In this document: positions 9,996 through 18,929 of the stretch, in pieces
How positions within the stretch are numbered: position 1 is the first letter of the stretch
How the letters are laid out: every line of letters begins with the position of its first letter
NCBI GenBank assembly: GCA_964610465.1
Contig: CAZSWA010000001.1
Location: 79,023-143,022 of the forward strand
From: an uncultured Gammaproteobacteria bacterium
GTDB taxonomy: Bacteria; Patescibacteriota; Microgenomatia; Levybacterales; UBA12049
Length of the DNA: 64,000 nucleotides
Reading direction: 5' to 3'
Made by a program: the position numbers and the translations under genes
Notes under the pieces: model-generated
What the model was told of the DNA's origin: nothing
What the model saw: only the letters and a program-made list of their open reading frames with translations
Database searches by the model: none

Positions 9996-11140
9996 GAGGA
10001 TAATTTATGTCTTCCTGAGATTGCTGCAAGGAGTGTCTCTGACATGCCGCCAAGGGACAGTAAAAAACCAATGAAAGCCACAAGCCAGCCTATTATGGGA
10101 ATAAAGAGAAGCAAAGCCAAAATAATTGGTCCAACAATTGCTGCTTTCCAGTCAAGTGTATACTCTCTTTTCTGAGATTTTTCCCACAGATGCAAAACAA
10201 ACCAGCCAAACAATACTTTTTCAAAAATAGTTGAAAGGAAAAGAAGTAAAAGATAAAACAGCATAAGAAGGATACCAGGAAGAATAAACACAAGAAGAAT
10301 AAGGCTTACAATAGGTACAATAATAAGAAAGACAAGTCCTAACAGAAAACTTCGTATAGGGTTTGTCTTGATACGTTTGATAGTATAGAGAGAATATTTG
10401 GCAAAAAAAGTGATAAAGAGAAACGTTACAGCGATATCGATAAGTAATTTGTATAAGGTAAACCAACTTAATGAATTGTGAATTGATTTTACAAATCTGT
10501 TTTGTCGTTGTGTTTGGGTAAAATGAGTAGTGCCTTTTATACTTGCGCCATTTTCAATTTGAGCTTTTTGAGGTGAAGAGTAGGTAAGATTGCCATTGAT
10601 ATATGTTTTGGGTCCCAGTGTCAGCTGACGTATATTGCCGCTTACATCACCGCCAACAACATTATCAATTCGGACTGCTCCGCCGTTTATCACAAGCTTG
10701 CCATTTACAGGCGCTTCAACATCTAAACTGCCTCCTGCAAATACCACATCTCCATTTACTCTTGCGTGAGAAGTAAGTATGACGTTGCCTCCGAGAATTA
10801 CTACGTCACGGGCTACAGCGCCGTCAATTGTAATATTGCCTCCGGCAACTCGTATTGTATTTCCCACATTGCCATGAATAATGATGGTCCCTCCTGCTGC
10901 AAGGACACTGCCTGAGACATCAGCGTTTACATTTATATTTCCACCTGCAGCAACTAAGTCATTGGTAATAGGTGTATCAGTAATAAGAGTTCCACCAAAA
11001 AGATACACATCATGGAGATTGGTGTTGGTTTTATCAAGTGTCACAGTTTTATTCGCATGAAAATCAGCAGCATATAAAGATGTCGTAGAGAAGAGAAATA
11101 CCAAAAATGAAAACAAAATGGAGGCAAGTATTTTTTTCAT
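9992..11140 (-). CDS. Membrane protein with beta-helix (bactofilin-like) repeats and C-terminal TM bundle
   Basis: Signal peptide, repeated D-x-x-A-G-G-x-I/V-x-I-x-G-x-V units, 4-5 C-terminal TM helices. Confidence 0.8.
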   Translation of the reverse strand: MKKILASILFSFLVFLFSTTSLYAADFHANKTVTLDKTNTNLHDVYLFGGTLITDTPITNDLVAAGGNINVNADVSGSVLAAGGTIIIHGNVGNTIRVAGGNITIDGAVARDVVILGGNVILTSHARVNGDVVFAGGSLDVEAPVNGKLVINGGAVRIDNVVGGDVSGNIRQLTLGPKTYINGNLTYSSPQKAQIENGASIKGTTHFTQTQRQNRFVKSIHNSLSWFTLYKLLIDIAVTFLFITFFAKYSLYTIKRIKTNPIRSFLLGLVFLIIVPIVSLILLVFILPGILLMLFYLLLLFLSTIFEKVLFGWFVLHLWEKSQKREYTLDWKAAIVGPIILALLLFIPIIGWLVAFIGFLLSLGGMSETLLAAISGRHKLSS

Positions 11141-11222
11141 GCTACATTCATTGTAGATCTTTTTCCTATGTTGTCTATACTACAAATAACACTATTAAAA
11201 AATTTCTTATGGAAAACTGCGT

Positions 11223-11792
11223 CTACAACTTTTTGAGAAGCTTAGATAACTTTTGCATATCTTCCTGAAGCTTGGTCAGAACTGTTTTACTTCTAAGGGC
11301 TGCTGCAGGATGAAAAAGCGGAAAAATACGAAGAGGTTTCCCATTCCACGTTATCTCTACGACCTTTCCATGTATTTGAGAGATTTTTTCATCAGGCAAA
11401 AATTTCATCATAGCAAATCTGCCAAGTGGAATAACAAGCTTTGGATGTATAATCTGAAGTTCTTCATTTACATATGGAGTAAATGCAGCAATCTCTTCAG
11501 GTGTAGGAGGACGGTTATTGGGAGGTCTAAAGCGAACGACATTTGAGATATATATGTCTTGTCGAGTAAGTCCAATGCCTTGAAGTAATGTATCAAGTAG
11601 TCTCCCTGCTCTTCCCACAAATGGTCTTCCAAGTAAATCTTCCTGCTTGCCAGGTGCTTCGCCCAAAAAATAAAGTGTACTGTCAGGATTCCCTTCACCA
11701 AATACCAACTGCGTTGCAGTGTCTTTGAGTGGAAGCGAGGTATCTTTTTCTATTTTCTTTTTTAACTCTTCAAGTGCTTGTTTTTTGTTCAT
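11223..11792 (-). CDS. Uracil-DNA glycosylase family 4
   Basis: GEAPG, GRPFVGRAG, RPPNNRPP, HPAAALR; Fe-S cysteines absent; ATG 11792 preferred. Confidence 0.93.
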   Translation of the reverse strand: MNKKQALEELKKKIEKDTSLPLKDTATQLVFGEGNPDSTLYFLGEAPGKQEDLLGRPFVGRAGRLLDTLLQGIGLTRQDIYISNVVRFRPPNNRPPTPEEIAAFTPYVNEELQIIHPKLVIPLGRFAMMKFLPDEKISQIHGKVVEITWNGKPLRIFPLFHPAAALRSKTVLTKLQEDMQKLSKLLKKL

Positions 11793-11836
11793 TGGTTTGA
11801 TTATATACCAATACTTTTGAAAATCAGGAGGCAAAA

Positions 11837-12526
11837 TTATGCACCGGCTGCAGACTTACCAAGTTCTTCTACTTGTTGCATTTTGTCAGATATATCAAGA
11901 CGCGAAATATCAATGCCTTGCCTTTTGGCAATAAGAAGTCCTTGGATAATTCTTTTTGCTTTTTTAGCTTCAGAAGGCTTAAGATAGTGTATTACGACTG
12001 GCCCTCTTGCGCATTGTATTTTAAGGGTTGCAAGAAACGGGATACTTTCAACAATTACATCTGCTACTTCATTTATTTCTATACTTTTGGTAGATTCTGA
12101 TGCAAAAAATACTCTTGATACAATATTAATTTTTGTTGCATCGATACTAAGAGTATCCGGAAAAAGATCAAAAGGAAATACAGTTTTTATCTCAAGAAAT
12201 TTCTGTTGCGCCTCTTTACTAAGAAGATTTATTTTTTCTCTTGCTTCAGAGCGTAATCCTTCTTCTTTTCCCAACTTATAGGGATTTCTATGAGTGACTT
12301 CTTCACGCGCTCGTTGCCGAAATGCTTCTTCTATGCCTTGTTCATATGCTTTCTTTTGCGCTTGCGTATATTCTTCCTCAGACATAAGCTTTTTTGCAGT
12401 CTTTGGTGAAGTGATTATCTCATCGCCAAATTTGGGATTTTGGATACTTTCTTCTGTACTTTGTTTTCTAACTTCTTGTGTTTGGCTCGCTCTATCTTGT
12501 TCAAAAATGACTTTTTTCTTTCTCAT
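11837..12526 (-). CDS. Hypothetical protein, possible bacterial PH-like C-terminal domain
   Basis: 229-aa ORF; charged N-terminal half, beta-rich C-terminal half (FPFDLFPDTLSID). Confidence 0.65.
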   Translation of the reverse strand: MRKKKVIFEQDRASQTQEVRKQSTEESIQNPKFGDEIITSPKTAKKLMSEEEYTQAQKKAYEQGIEEAFRQRAREEVTHRNPYKLGKEEGLRSEAREKINLLSKEAQQKFLEIKTVFPFDLFPDTLSIDATKINIVSRVFFASESTKSIEINEVADVIVESIPFLATLKIQCARGPVVIHYLKPSEAKKAKRIIQGLLIAKRQGIDISRLDISDKMQQVEELGKSAAGA

Positions 12527-12607
12527 AGTGTAGTGAAATTACTATTTTAGAGCAAGAAAAAGGATAAAGCATGGTAAGAGGCCAATAAGAAGGATAAGAC
12601 CAACTTT

Positions 12608-13114
12608 TTACTGTTTTTTAAAGGCAAGAGGTATAATTACTTTATTAATATGACTTCCATCTTTGGGAGAGCTTTGAAACACTTCAAGAAGTAGCTTTTC
12701 TTCTGAAGTAAGTGTAGGAGGTAAATGTACGGTATATACAAAATCACCAAATACTCCTGCATCGGACGCATTTGTCATGGTATTTGCTGCAAGATAAAGT
12801 GCACTGGAAGTAGCACTTTTGACTTCAATGGATACTACATTTTCAAAAACTCTTGCTTGTCCTTTGAGTACAAAATCTCTGCCAACAGTTTGGTTACTAT
12901 GCGGAGCAGATACTTTGATATTGGCTGATGAAGAGACAGATTGGAGAGTTGGTAAAGGAGTAAGAGATGGCGATATTTTAGTTTTGGTCGGAGTACTTTG
13001 GGAAGTTTTATATAGCGTATTTTGGATAAAGGTATCGCCATAAAACATCAGAAAAATCATAAAGAGAATGATAAAGAAGAATATTACCCATCCGATTTTC
13101 CGCGCCTTTGACAT
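12608..13114 (-). CDS. Membrane-anchored Gmad2-type immunoglobulin-like protein
   Basis: N-terminal TM, S/T/P linker, GQARVFEN...SPKDGS signature. Confidence 0.8.
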   Translation of the reverse strand: MSKARKIGWVIFFFIILFMIFLMFYGDTFIQNTLYKTSQSTPTKTKISPSLTPLPTLQSVSSSANIKVSAPHSNQTVGRDFVLKGQARVFENVVSIEVKSATSSALYLAANTMTNASDAGVFGDFVYTVHLPPTLTSEEKLLLEVFQSSPKDGSHINKVIIPLAFKKQ

Positions 13115-13121
13115 ATGACTT

Positions 13122-13466
13122 TTATCTCATTAGTACGCTTTGGAGTACGACTGCATTGTTGTGAAGCGTATCTTTTGCAGCATAAATAAGCGTCACAGTG
13201 CCATTTTGCTGTTCAATGTCTTTAATCTTATCCAAAATCTCCTGTCGTTTCTTAAGCTCGTTCGTATATCGTTTTGCAAATTCAGGAAATTTTTTAGGGT
13301 CATGGGAAAACCATTTCCGAAGTGGAGGCGTTGGTGCAATTTGACGAAGCCAGATATCAATTTTACCGTCTTTTTTTGGTATTCCTCTTGGCCAAAGCCC
13401 GTCAACAAGTATCCGGAACCCGTCATCTTTACTATATTTGTCATAAGCACGCTTGATTTTTATCAT
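13122..13466 (-). CDS. DUF488 family protein (YeaO-like)
   Basis: [36 protein letters not shown]. Confidence 0.9.
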   Translation of the reverse strand: MIKIKRAYDKYSKDDGFRILVDGLWPRGIPKKDGKIDIWLRQIAPTPPLRKWFSHDPKKFPEFAKRYTNELKKRQEILDKIKDIEQQNGTVTLIYAAKDTLHNNAVVLQSVLMR

Positions 13467-13475
13467 ACAGGAATA

Positions 13476-14414
13476 TTATACACCTATAGGCATTGAGGAG
13501 TTCTTCTCAGAAGCACTAAAAACTTCTCTAAAAAAAGGTCCTTGATATATACGCATTTGTTTTTCCTTATAGACAGAATTTTCAGGTTCTTCTAGAGTTA
13601 CTGTATTTTCATTGAACTTACTAAAATCTTGTCTTGCTATATAGAGCCGAAATTTGTTTAATTTTAATTTCTCTTTTCGATTTTCCTGATAAAGCTGTCG
13701 TAATCCCATTGCTTGTCTTATAACCTGTTCTGACTTACTTCCATTTCCTACTTCAATTACAATAAACTGATCTGCAATACCTAAAATATCAATACTACCG
13801 CATCCTCGAATATCTAGACTGGCTGCTTTTTGAAAGTTACTATCTAATTCCTGAATTTTATAGTCATTCATATACACCTCAGAAAAAGCACGAAGACCTT
13901 TCCTTGTTGACTGTATTGAATTATAAAACATATCTACCAAATGAATACCGTTTCGATTGATAAAATTTTGATGGAAGAAATGTTGTACACGTGCATGCCT
14001 GTTTTGCAGATAGTTATTATTATTTAGCCCGCATTTAAATGTCCCTAATGATTTTTTTTCTCTTTCATTTAGCATGCTTTTTATACTATTTAAATAAGCT
14101 CCCTCGCCTGTAAAAGTTTTATGCTGAACTGAAATGAGAGGCATTTTTATATGCCAAATCCCTTCTTGAACAGTCGAGAATCTTTGTTCATAATATTGTC
14201 CATCCTTGGTTACTATTCTCTCGTCAGCATCAACGATAGTATACCGTGCTCTTGTTGTTTCCAAATATTCCAATAGTTTTCTTTCTTCTTCAATCTTTTT
14301 CTCTTCTTTTGTTTGACGAAGGAGAACAGAATTCGGAAAATAACGCGAAGATAATTCTGGCGTACGAAAAGCGCCGGAAGGAGAATATGCAAAACCTCTT
14401 TCTGAGGGCGGCAT
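13476..14414 (-). CDS. Orphan protein with degenerate PD-(D/E)XK-like segment
   Basis: 312-aa ORF; GSIDILG...IVIEVG...Q near C-terminus. Confidence 0.6.
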   Translation of the reverse strand: MPPSERGFAYSPSGAFRTPELSSRYFPNSVLLRQTKEEKKIEEERKLLEYLETTRARYTIVDADERIVTKDGQYYEQRFSTVQEGIWHIKMPLISVQHKTFTGEGAYLNSIKSMLNEREKKSLGTFKCGLNNNNYLQNRHARVQHFFHQNFINRNGIHLVDMFYNSIQSTRKGLRAFSEVYMNDYKIQELDSNFQKAASLDIRGCGSIDILGIADQFIVIEVGNGSKSEQVIRQAMGLRQLYQENRKEKLKLNKFRLYIARQDFSKFNENTVTLEEPENSVYKEKQMRIYQGPFFREVFSASEKNSSMPIGV

Positions 14415-14444
14415 AATTTATTGTAGAGATTTTTGAAAAAGAGG

Positions 14445-15026
14445 TCAATCACCAAAACTTGCTTTATCAAGTATCATTTCTTTGGCAAAGAGATAGCCGC
14501 ATACCAATGCAGCTGGAAGAAAGGTATCAAACAGATTGCCGTCAAAATGAGTATCTTTGGTATAACGCTCAATCTTTTCTTTAAGAGGTGAAAGTTGTTT
14601 TAAGAATAACTCTAGGACTTCATCAATAGGTGAGAATACCTTGACGCCATCCATGAGTTGCTTCACAATTTTATTTTTGGCAAGCTTAATAGCGTATTTG
14701 TCAGTCTGTACTGCATAAGGCACATTGCCTTTAAAAAGACCACGTTCCTGAATATACATTTGTACGCCACACATCATGGAAAAATAAAACAATGTATACA
14801 GTCGTGAACGATAGACGCGTTTCATGCTTGGCATGGGAGAAAAATGGATAGTAGCAAATATCGCAGCAATTGAACGGCATTCATTACTAATTTCTTCCGG
14901 CATGAAGAACTTGGGGACTGGACTGTCATTGGTGAACCGGTCCATGGAGTAAATAATATCTTCCCAAATTATCTGTGCGATAGGATGTATAGTTTCCCCA
15001 GCATTCTGGGAGGGCAGTTTCTTCAT
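14445..15026 (-). CDS. Hypothetical protein (paralog of 18331-18888)
   Basis: Shares KFFxPxE, FY, G-x-x-x-Y-x-x-ER and PY motifs with 18331-18888; ATG 15026 preferred. Confidence 0.75.
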   Translation of the reverse strand: MKKLPSQNAGETIHPIAQIIWEDIIYSMDRFTNDSPVPKFFMPEEISNECRSIAAIFATIHFSPMPSMKRVYRSRLYTLFYFSMMCGVQMYIQERGLFKGNVPYAVQTDKYAIKLAKNKIVKQLMDGVKVFSPIDEVLELFLKQLSPLKEKIERYTKDTHFDGNLFDTFLPAALVCGYLFAKEMILDKASFGD

Positions 15027-15131
15027 AAATGCTGATGTGTTTAGTAATGTATCATAAAAACTCAAGAATGTCACGTAATAAAAATACTATTGCACTCCAA
15101 AAAGATATATAATGAATCCAGATTACGTTTT

Positions 15132-16145
15132 ATGTTTAAGGATTTCTTCATCCGCAATCTTGATTCTGATATCTATAGAGAGAATTTTTTGGTCTCTGCA
15201 ATTGTTTCTATCTTTGTAATACGAATTTTTCTCAGGCTTTCTCATTATCCGCAAATTGGAAGAGGAGAATTTCATGTTGCTCATCTCTTGTTTGGTGGGT
15301 TTTTTATGACAATTGCTATTATTATCATGTCTTCACTGCTTAGCAAAACCGCAATCAATATTGCATCAATACTCGGAGGCATCGGTTTTGGCACATTTAT
15401 TGATGAACTTGGAAAATTTATAACCAAAGACAATAATTATTTTTTTCAACCAACTATAGCTCTCATTTATATCATTTTTGTTCTACTCTATCTCGCCTTG
15501 AAATTTATTCCACGTCTTGGACAAATTACTCAAAAAGAATACCTAATTAATGCACTAGAGATGGTAAAAGAAGCGGCAGTAAACGATTTTGATATAGAGG
15601 AAGAGAAACAAGCACTTGAATATTTACGTCATTGTGACCCACAGGATCCGATCGTAAAGAATATCTATCAGCTTCTAGCACAGATTCATACTATTCCAAT
15701 GCAAAAACCCACTATACTGACTCGCTTTCGTGTACTACTTCGAAACTCGTATTATATGATTGCAAAATCAGGAATAATCCTTCAAATAATTATTATATTT
15801 CTTACCATTCAGGCTGTTATCAATATAGCAACTTCTGTATTGCTTTTTGTTTCACACATCCATATGGCATTTGATGAATGGGGTACACTTTATTCATCCA
15901 TACTTTCAGGAATTTTCGTGATTATTGGTCTTGTATCCCTTCGGTTTTCCAAAGAAGAAGCATATGCGTCTCTTAGGATATCAGTTCTTATTACGATCCT
16001 TATTACACAATTCTTTACATTTTTAAGAACTCCAAGTTTTGCGCTATTTTCTCTCGCAATAAATCTTTTCATCTATTTTGTTATCAATTATGCAACATTT
16101 AGAGAACAACAAAAAAAATACGTCCTCAAGAGCATGAATGTGTAA
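15132..16145 (+). CDS. Integral membrane protein of unknown function
   Basis: About 8 TM segments, HVAHLLFGG and GIGFGTFIDELGKF motifs; ATG 15132 preferred. Confidence 0.8.
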   Translation: MFKDFFIRNLDSDIYRENFLVSAIVSIFVIRIFLRLSHYPQIGRGEFHVAHLLFGGFFMTIAIIIMSSLLSKTAINIASILGGIGFGTFIDELGKFITKDNNYFFQPTIALIYIIFVLLYLALKFIPRLGQITQKEYLINALEMVKEAAVNDFDIEEEKQALEYLRHCDPQDPIVKNIYQLLAQIHTIPMQKPTILTRFRVLLRNSYYMIAKSGIILQIIIIFLTIQAVINIATSVLLFVSHIHMAFDEWGTLYSSILSGIFVIIGLVSLRFSKEEAYASLRISVLITILITQFFTFLRTPSFALFSLAINLFIYFVINYATFREQQKKYVLKSMNV

Positions 16146-16197
16146 ATAGAGCTAAATTGACTCTTGTATTTATGTATTTTTTTGTTAATATGCTTTT

Positions 16198-16674
16198 ATG
16201 GAAAGAGAAGGAGAGCAAAGAAAATCAAATTCAAGAAGAGCACAACGAAGAATTGAAAAAACTGTTGTATCTGCTTTCCAAAATCTTGTAGCAGAACATC
16301 AAGAACGACAGGAATTGTTAGATGCACATGTGCAAGGCTATGACCAAGAAAAAAGAACTATACCTCTTGTCAGATGGGAGTCTGGAGATTTGAAGAAAGA
16401 TATTTCAGCAGCTACCCTTATTAAGGGTGGCATTGTTATCTTTGGAGAAGCCTACAGCTTTCGAGATCAAAAAGATGCTGATGGAGAAACGGTAACTGTC
16501 ACTCGAGTAAAGTTTACTCGAGGAGAAGAAGTTATGCCCCCATTGAGGAAGAAGAAAATTCAGAACGCTGCAGAAGTAATTTTCCAGCAAATTAATCCCG
16601 TACAAGAAATGGATGTACCAATTCATGACATAATTAAAAATCACAAAAGTATTCTCAAGGAGGAAAAGAGTTAA
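16198..16674 (+). CDS. Hypothetical (orphan) protein
   Basis: 158-aa ORF; TTGACT -35-like element upstream. Confidence 0.65.
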   Translation: MEREGEQRKSNSRRAQRRIEKTVVSAFQNLVAEHQERQELLDAHVQGYDQEKRTIPLVRWESGDLKKDISAATLIKGGIVIFGEAYSFRDQKDADGETVTVTRVKFTRGEEVMPPLRKKKIQNAAEVIFQQINPVQEMDVPIHDIIKNHKSILKEEKS

Positions 16675-16699
16675 GAAAATATCCTTTTTTGGTATCTCG

Positions 16700-16975
16700 T
16701 TAATTCTTCTTAAGACTTCCTGATTGTAAATGTCCTTCTGTCATAGCGAGAAGTTTTGAAAGCTCCTGCAAAAACTTCTTTGCATGCGTTCTACTCATAC
16801 CAATACGAGTTACAATACGCACTTGATTAGTGTTGAAAACTTTTTGTCCAATATCCAGCACAATTCCATCTTCATTAGCATTCATAAAAATATTATCAGT
16901 ATACAAAATTGGAGTTTGATCTAAATTAATATTAAGTCCTACCTGCTGTTCATTTTTTGGCTTTTTTTCATCCAT
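16700..16975 (-). CDS. DUF3467-like protein
   Basis: YTDNIFM...IVLDIGQ...IVTRIGMSRTHAKKF; AAGGAGG SD before ATG 16975. Confidence 0.8.
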   Translation of the reverse strand: MDEKKPKNEQQVGLNINLDQTPILYTDNIFMNANEDGIVLDIGQKVFNTNQVRIVTRIGMSRTHAKKFLQELSKLLAMTEGHLQSGSLKKN

Positions 16976-17061
16976 ATATTCCTCCTTTCGTTCTGTAAGT
17001 ATAGCATGAAAAGCAACACATATTGCAAAATCATTATTGTTGTGGTTTAATTTATTGAGTA

Positions 17062-17181
17062 CATCAAGAGAGGTGGTTATACTGAATTGTAGAACCATCC
17101 GGCAACCGTTTCATAATAGCGGTGCCTATATGATTTTCTGCGTCAGCAGAAAATCAGATGCGGCTGTAAAGCAAAATTATC
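17062..17181 (+). ncRNA. SAM riboswitch (SAM-I/IV-type)
   Basis: P1 CATC/GATG, ATCAAGAG, P2 GGTGGTT/AACCATC without K-turn, P3 GGCAACCG/CGGTGCC, P4 TGATTTTCTG/CAGAAAATCA, P5 GCT-GTAA-AGC, PK-2 ATAAT(17113-17)/ATTAT(17176-80); directly upstream of metK. Confidence 0.9.
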
Positions 17182-17185
17182 TTTG

Positions 17186-17215
17186 AGCCTCTCTTGTTAT
17201 ACAGAGAGGTTTTTT
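17186..17215 (+). terminator. Riboswitch expression-platform terminator / RBS-sequestering hairpin
   Basis: CCTCTCT-loop-AGAGAGG followed by TTTTTT, ending 1 nt before the metK ATG. Confidence 0.8.
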
Positions 17216-17216
17216 A

Positions 17217-18329
17217 ATGGCAAAAATAACTACTTTCACATCGGAATCCGTATGTGCAGGGCATCCTGATAAAGTATGCGATCAGGTAAGTGATGCGATA
17301 GTTGATGCTGTTTTGACAGAAGACAATTATGGCAGGGTCGCAGTTGAGACGGCCGTAACATACAACCATATGTTGATTGCAGGAGAAGTAACCACTCACG
17401 CAAAAATAGATTACAAAAAAATAGCCAGAGAACAAATAAAAAAGCTAGGATATACAGATGATATTCTTCATTTCAGTTACAAATCTCCAATTGATGTACA
17501 TGTGCATGAGCAATCACCTGAAATTGCAGTAGGAGTTAAGAAAAAGGGGGCAGGAGATCAAGGTATGATGTTTGGCTATGCGTGTACAGAGACGAAAGAG
17601 CTAATGCCTTTACCAATTACTTTAGCTCATGAAATTACCAAAAAAATAGACGAAGTGCGGGAGAAAAAGATTCTTCCTTATCTTCGACCAGATGGCAAAA
17701 GTCAGGTAACTGTTGAATATGAAAATGGCAAACCAAAACGAGTTTCAGCAATTGTAGTGGCAGTTCCTCATGAAGAGTCGATTCATTTACCACAGGTGAA
17801 AAAAGATATTTACAAAAAGGTGATAGTGCCAGTACTTACTCAATTTGGATATTCAATTTCTTTGAAAGATTTTATTGTCAATGGTACAGGAGTTTGGCAT
17901 ATCGGAGGACCGGCCTCTGATACGGGTATTACAGGCCGTAAAATCGTTGTTGACACATATGGCGGCTACGCAAGGGTAGGTGGAGGAGCATTCAGCGGCA
18001 AAGACCCAACTAAAGTTGATAGATCAGGGGCTTACGCAGCACGTTTCTTGGCAAAAAATATTGTGGCGCACAAACTTGCAGAGAAAGCTGAAGTGAGACT
18101 TGCATATTCTATCGGTGCTCAAAAACCACTTATGCAAGAAGTTGAGATCTTTGGAACTGCAAAAAAGTCAAACAAAATTATTTCAGACTTTATCAAAAAG
18201 TTGCTTGATACTTCAGTTGAAGGAATACTTGATGGACTCAATCTCAGACGTCCTATTTATCTGCCCACTGCTGCGTATGGTCATTTTGGCCGAGAAGAAT
18301 TCCCTTGGGAAAATATAAAACTTCTCTAG
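17217..18329 (+). CDS. metK: S-adenosylmethionine synthetase
   Basis: FTSESV...GHPDK, GAGDQG, GGGAFSGKDPTKVDRSGAY, YGHFGR. Confidence 0.98.
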   Translation: MAKITTFTSESVCAGHPDKVCDQVSDAIVDAVLTEDNYGRVAVETAVTYNHMLIAGEVTTHAKIDYKKIAREQIKKLGYTDDILHFSYKSPIDVHVHEQSPEIAVGVKKKGAGDQGMMFGYACTETKELMPLPITLAHEITKKIDEVREKKILPYLRPDGKSQVTVEYENGKPKRVSAIVVAVPHEESIHLPQVKKDIYKKVIVPVLTQFGYSISLKDFIVNGTGVWHIGGPASDTGITGRKIVVDTYGGYARVGGGAFSGKDPTKVDRSGAYAARFLAKNIVAHKLAEKAEVRLAYSIGAQKPLMQEVEIFGTAKKSNKIISDFIKKLLDTSVEGILDGLNLRRPIYLPTAAYGHFGREEFPWENIKLL

Positions 18330-18330
18330 A

Positions 18331-18888
18331 TTATTCAAGAAGATTTTTGGCAAAATTGTAGCCCCAGTAGAGTGAAAGCTTTGAATAATCATGAAATTTG
18401 ATTTTATTTATTCTATGTCCTTTCATACGGAGCTCTTCAAGCTTGATATAGTTTTTGATATTTTCAACAATAATATCAATTATTCTATCTGCAAGAGGAG
18501 TTGAGACTATCTCACCATCTGAAATAATTTTTAATGTTTTTTTCTGCACTTTTCTTATAAATCTTCCATCTATAGGAAATACATAGGGTGCAGAATTAGT
18601 GCGAAACGAACGTTCCTTAAGATAAATATTACAGCCGTAGGTGACAATCGTATAGTAAAAGAGAAGAGACGGAGTACCTTTTACTTCTTCAGGTTCGAGT
18701 ACTGGGTTAAAAATTGATGCTGAGAAGCCACCAGCTAGACCATAACATGCATGAGCTACTTCATCAGGAAGAAAAAATTTTGCAACTGCACTATCATGCG
18801 TATATTTATTGATAAGTTCAAATATCTCACTCGCAATAAGAAGGGATTGCTCATCAAGCTTAATGGTATTTTGTTGCCCTATTTTCAC
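18331..18888 (-). CDS. Hypothetical protein (paralog of 14445-15026)
   Basis: See paralog; GTG start. Confidence 0.75.
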   Translation of the reverse strand: MKIGQQNTIKLDEQSLLIASEIFELINKYTHDSAVAKFFLPDEVAHACYGLAGGFSASIFNPVLEPEEVKGTPSLLFYYTIVTYGCNIYLKERSFRTNSAPYVFPIDGRFIRKVQKKTLKIISDGEIVSTPLADRIIDIIVENIKNYIKLEELRMKGHRINKIKFHDYSKLSLYWGYNFAKNLLE

Positions 18889-18929
18889 TAGTTGCTAGGA
18901 TAATTGGCATCGTACATTCTGTCAAGAAA

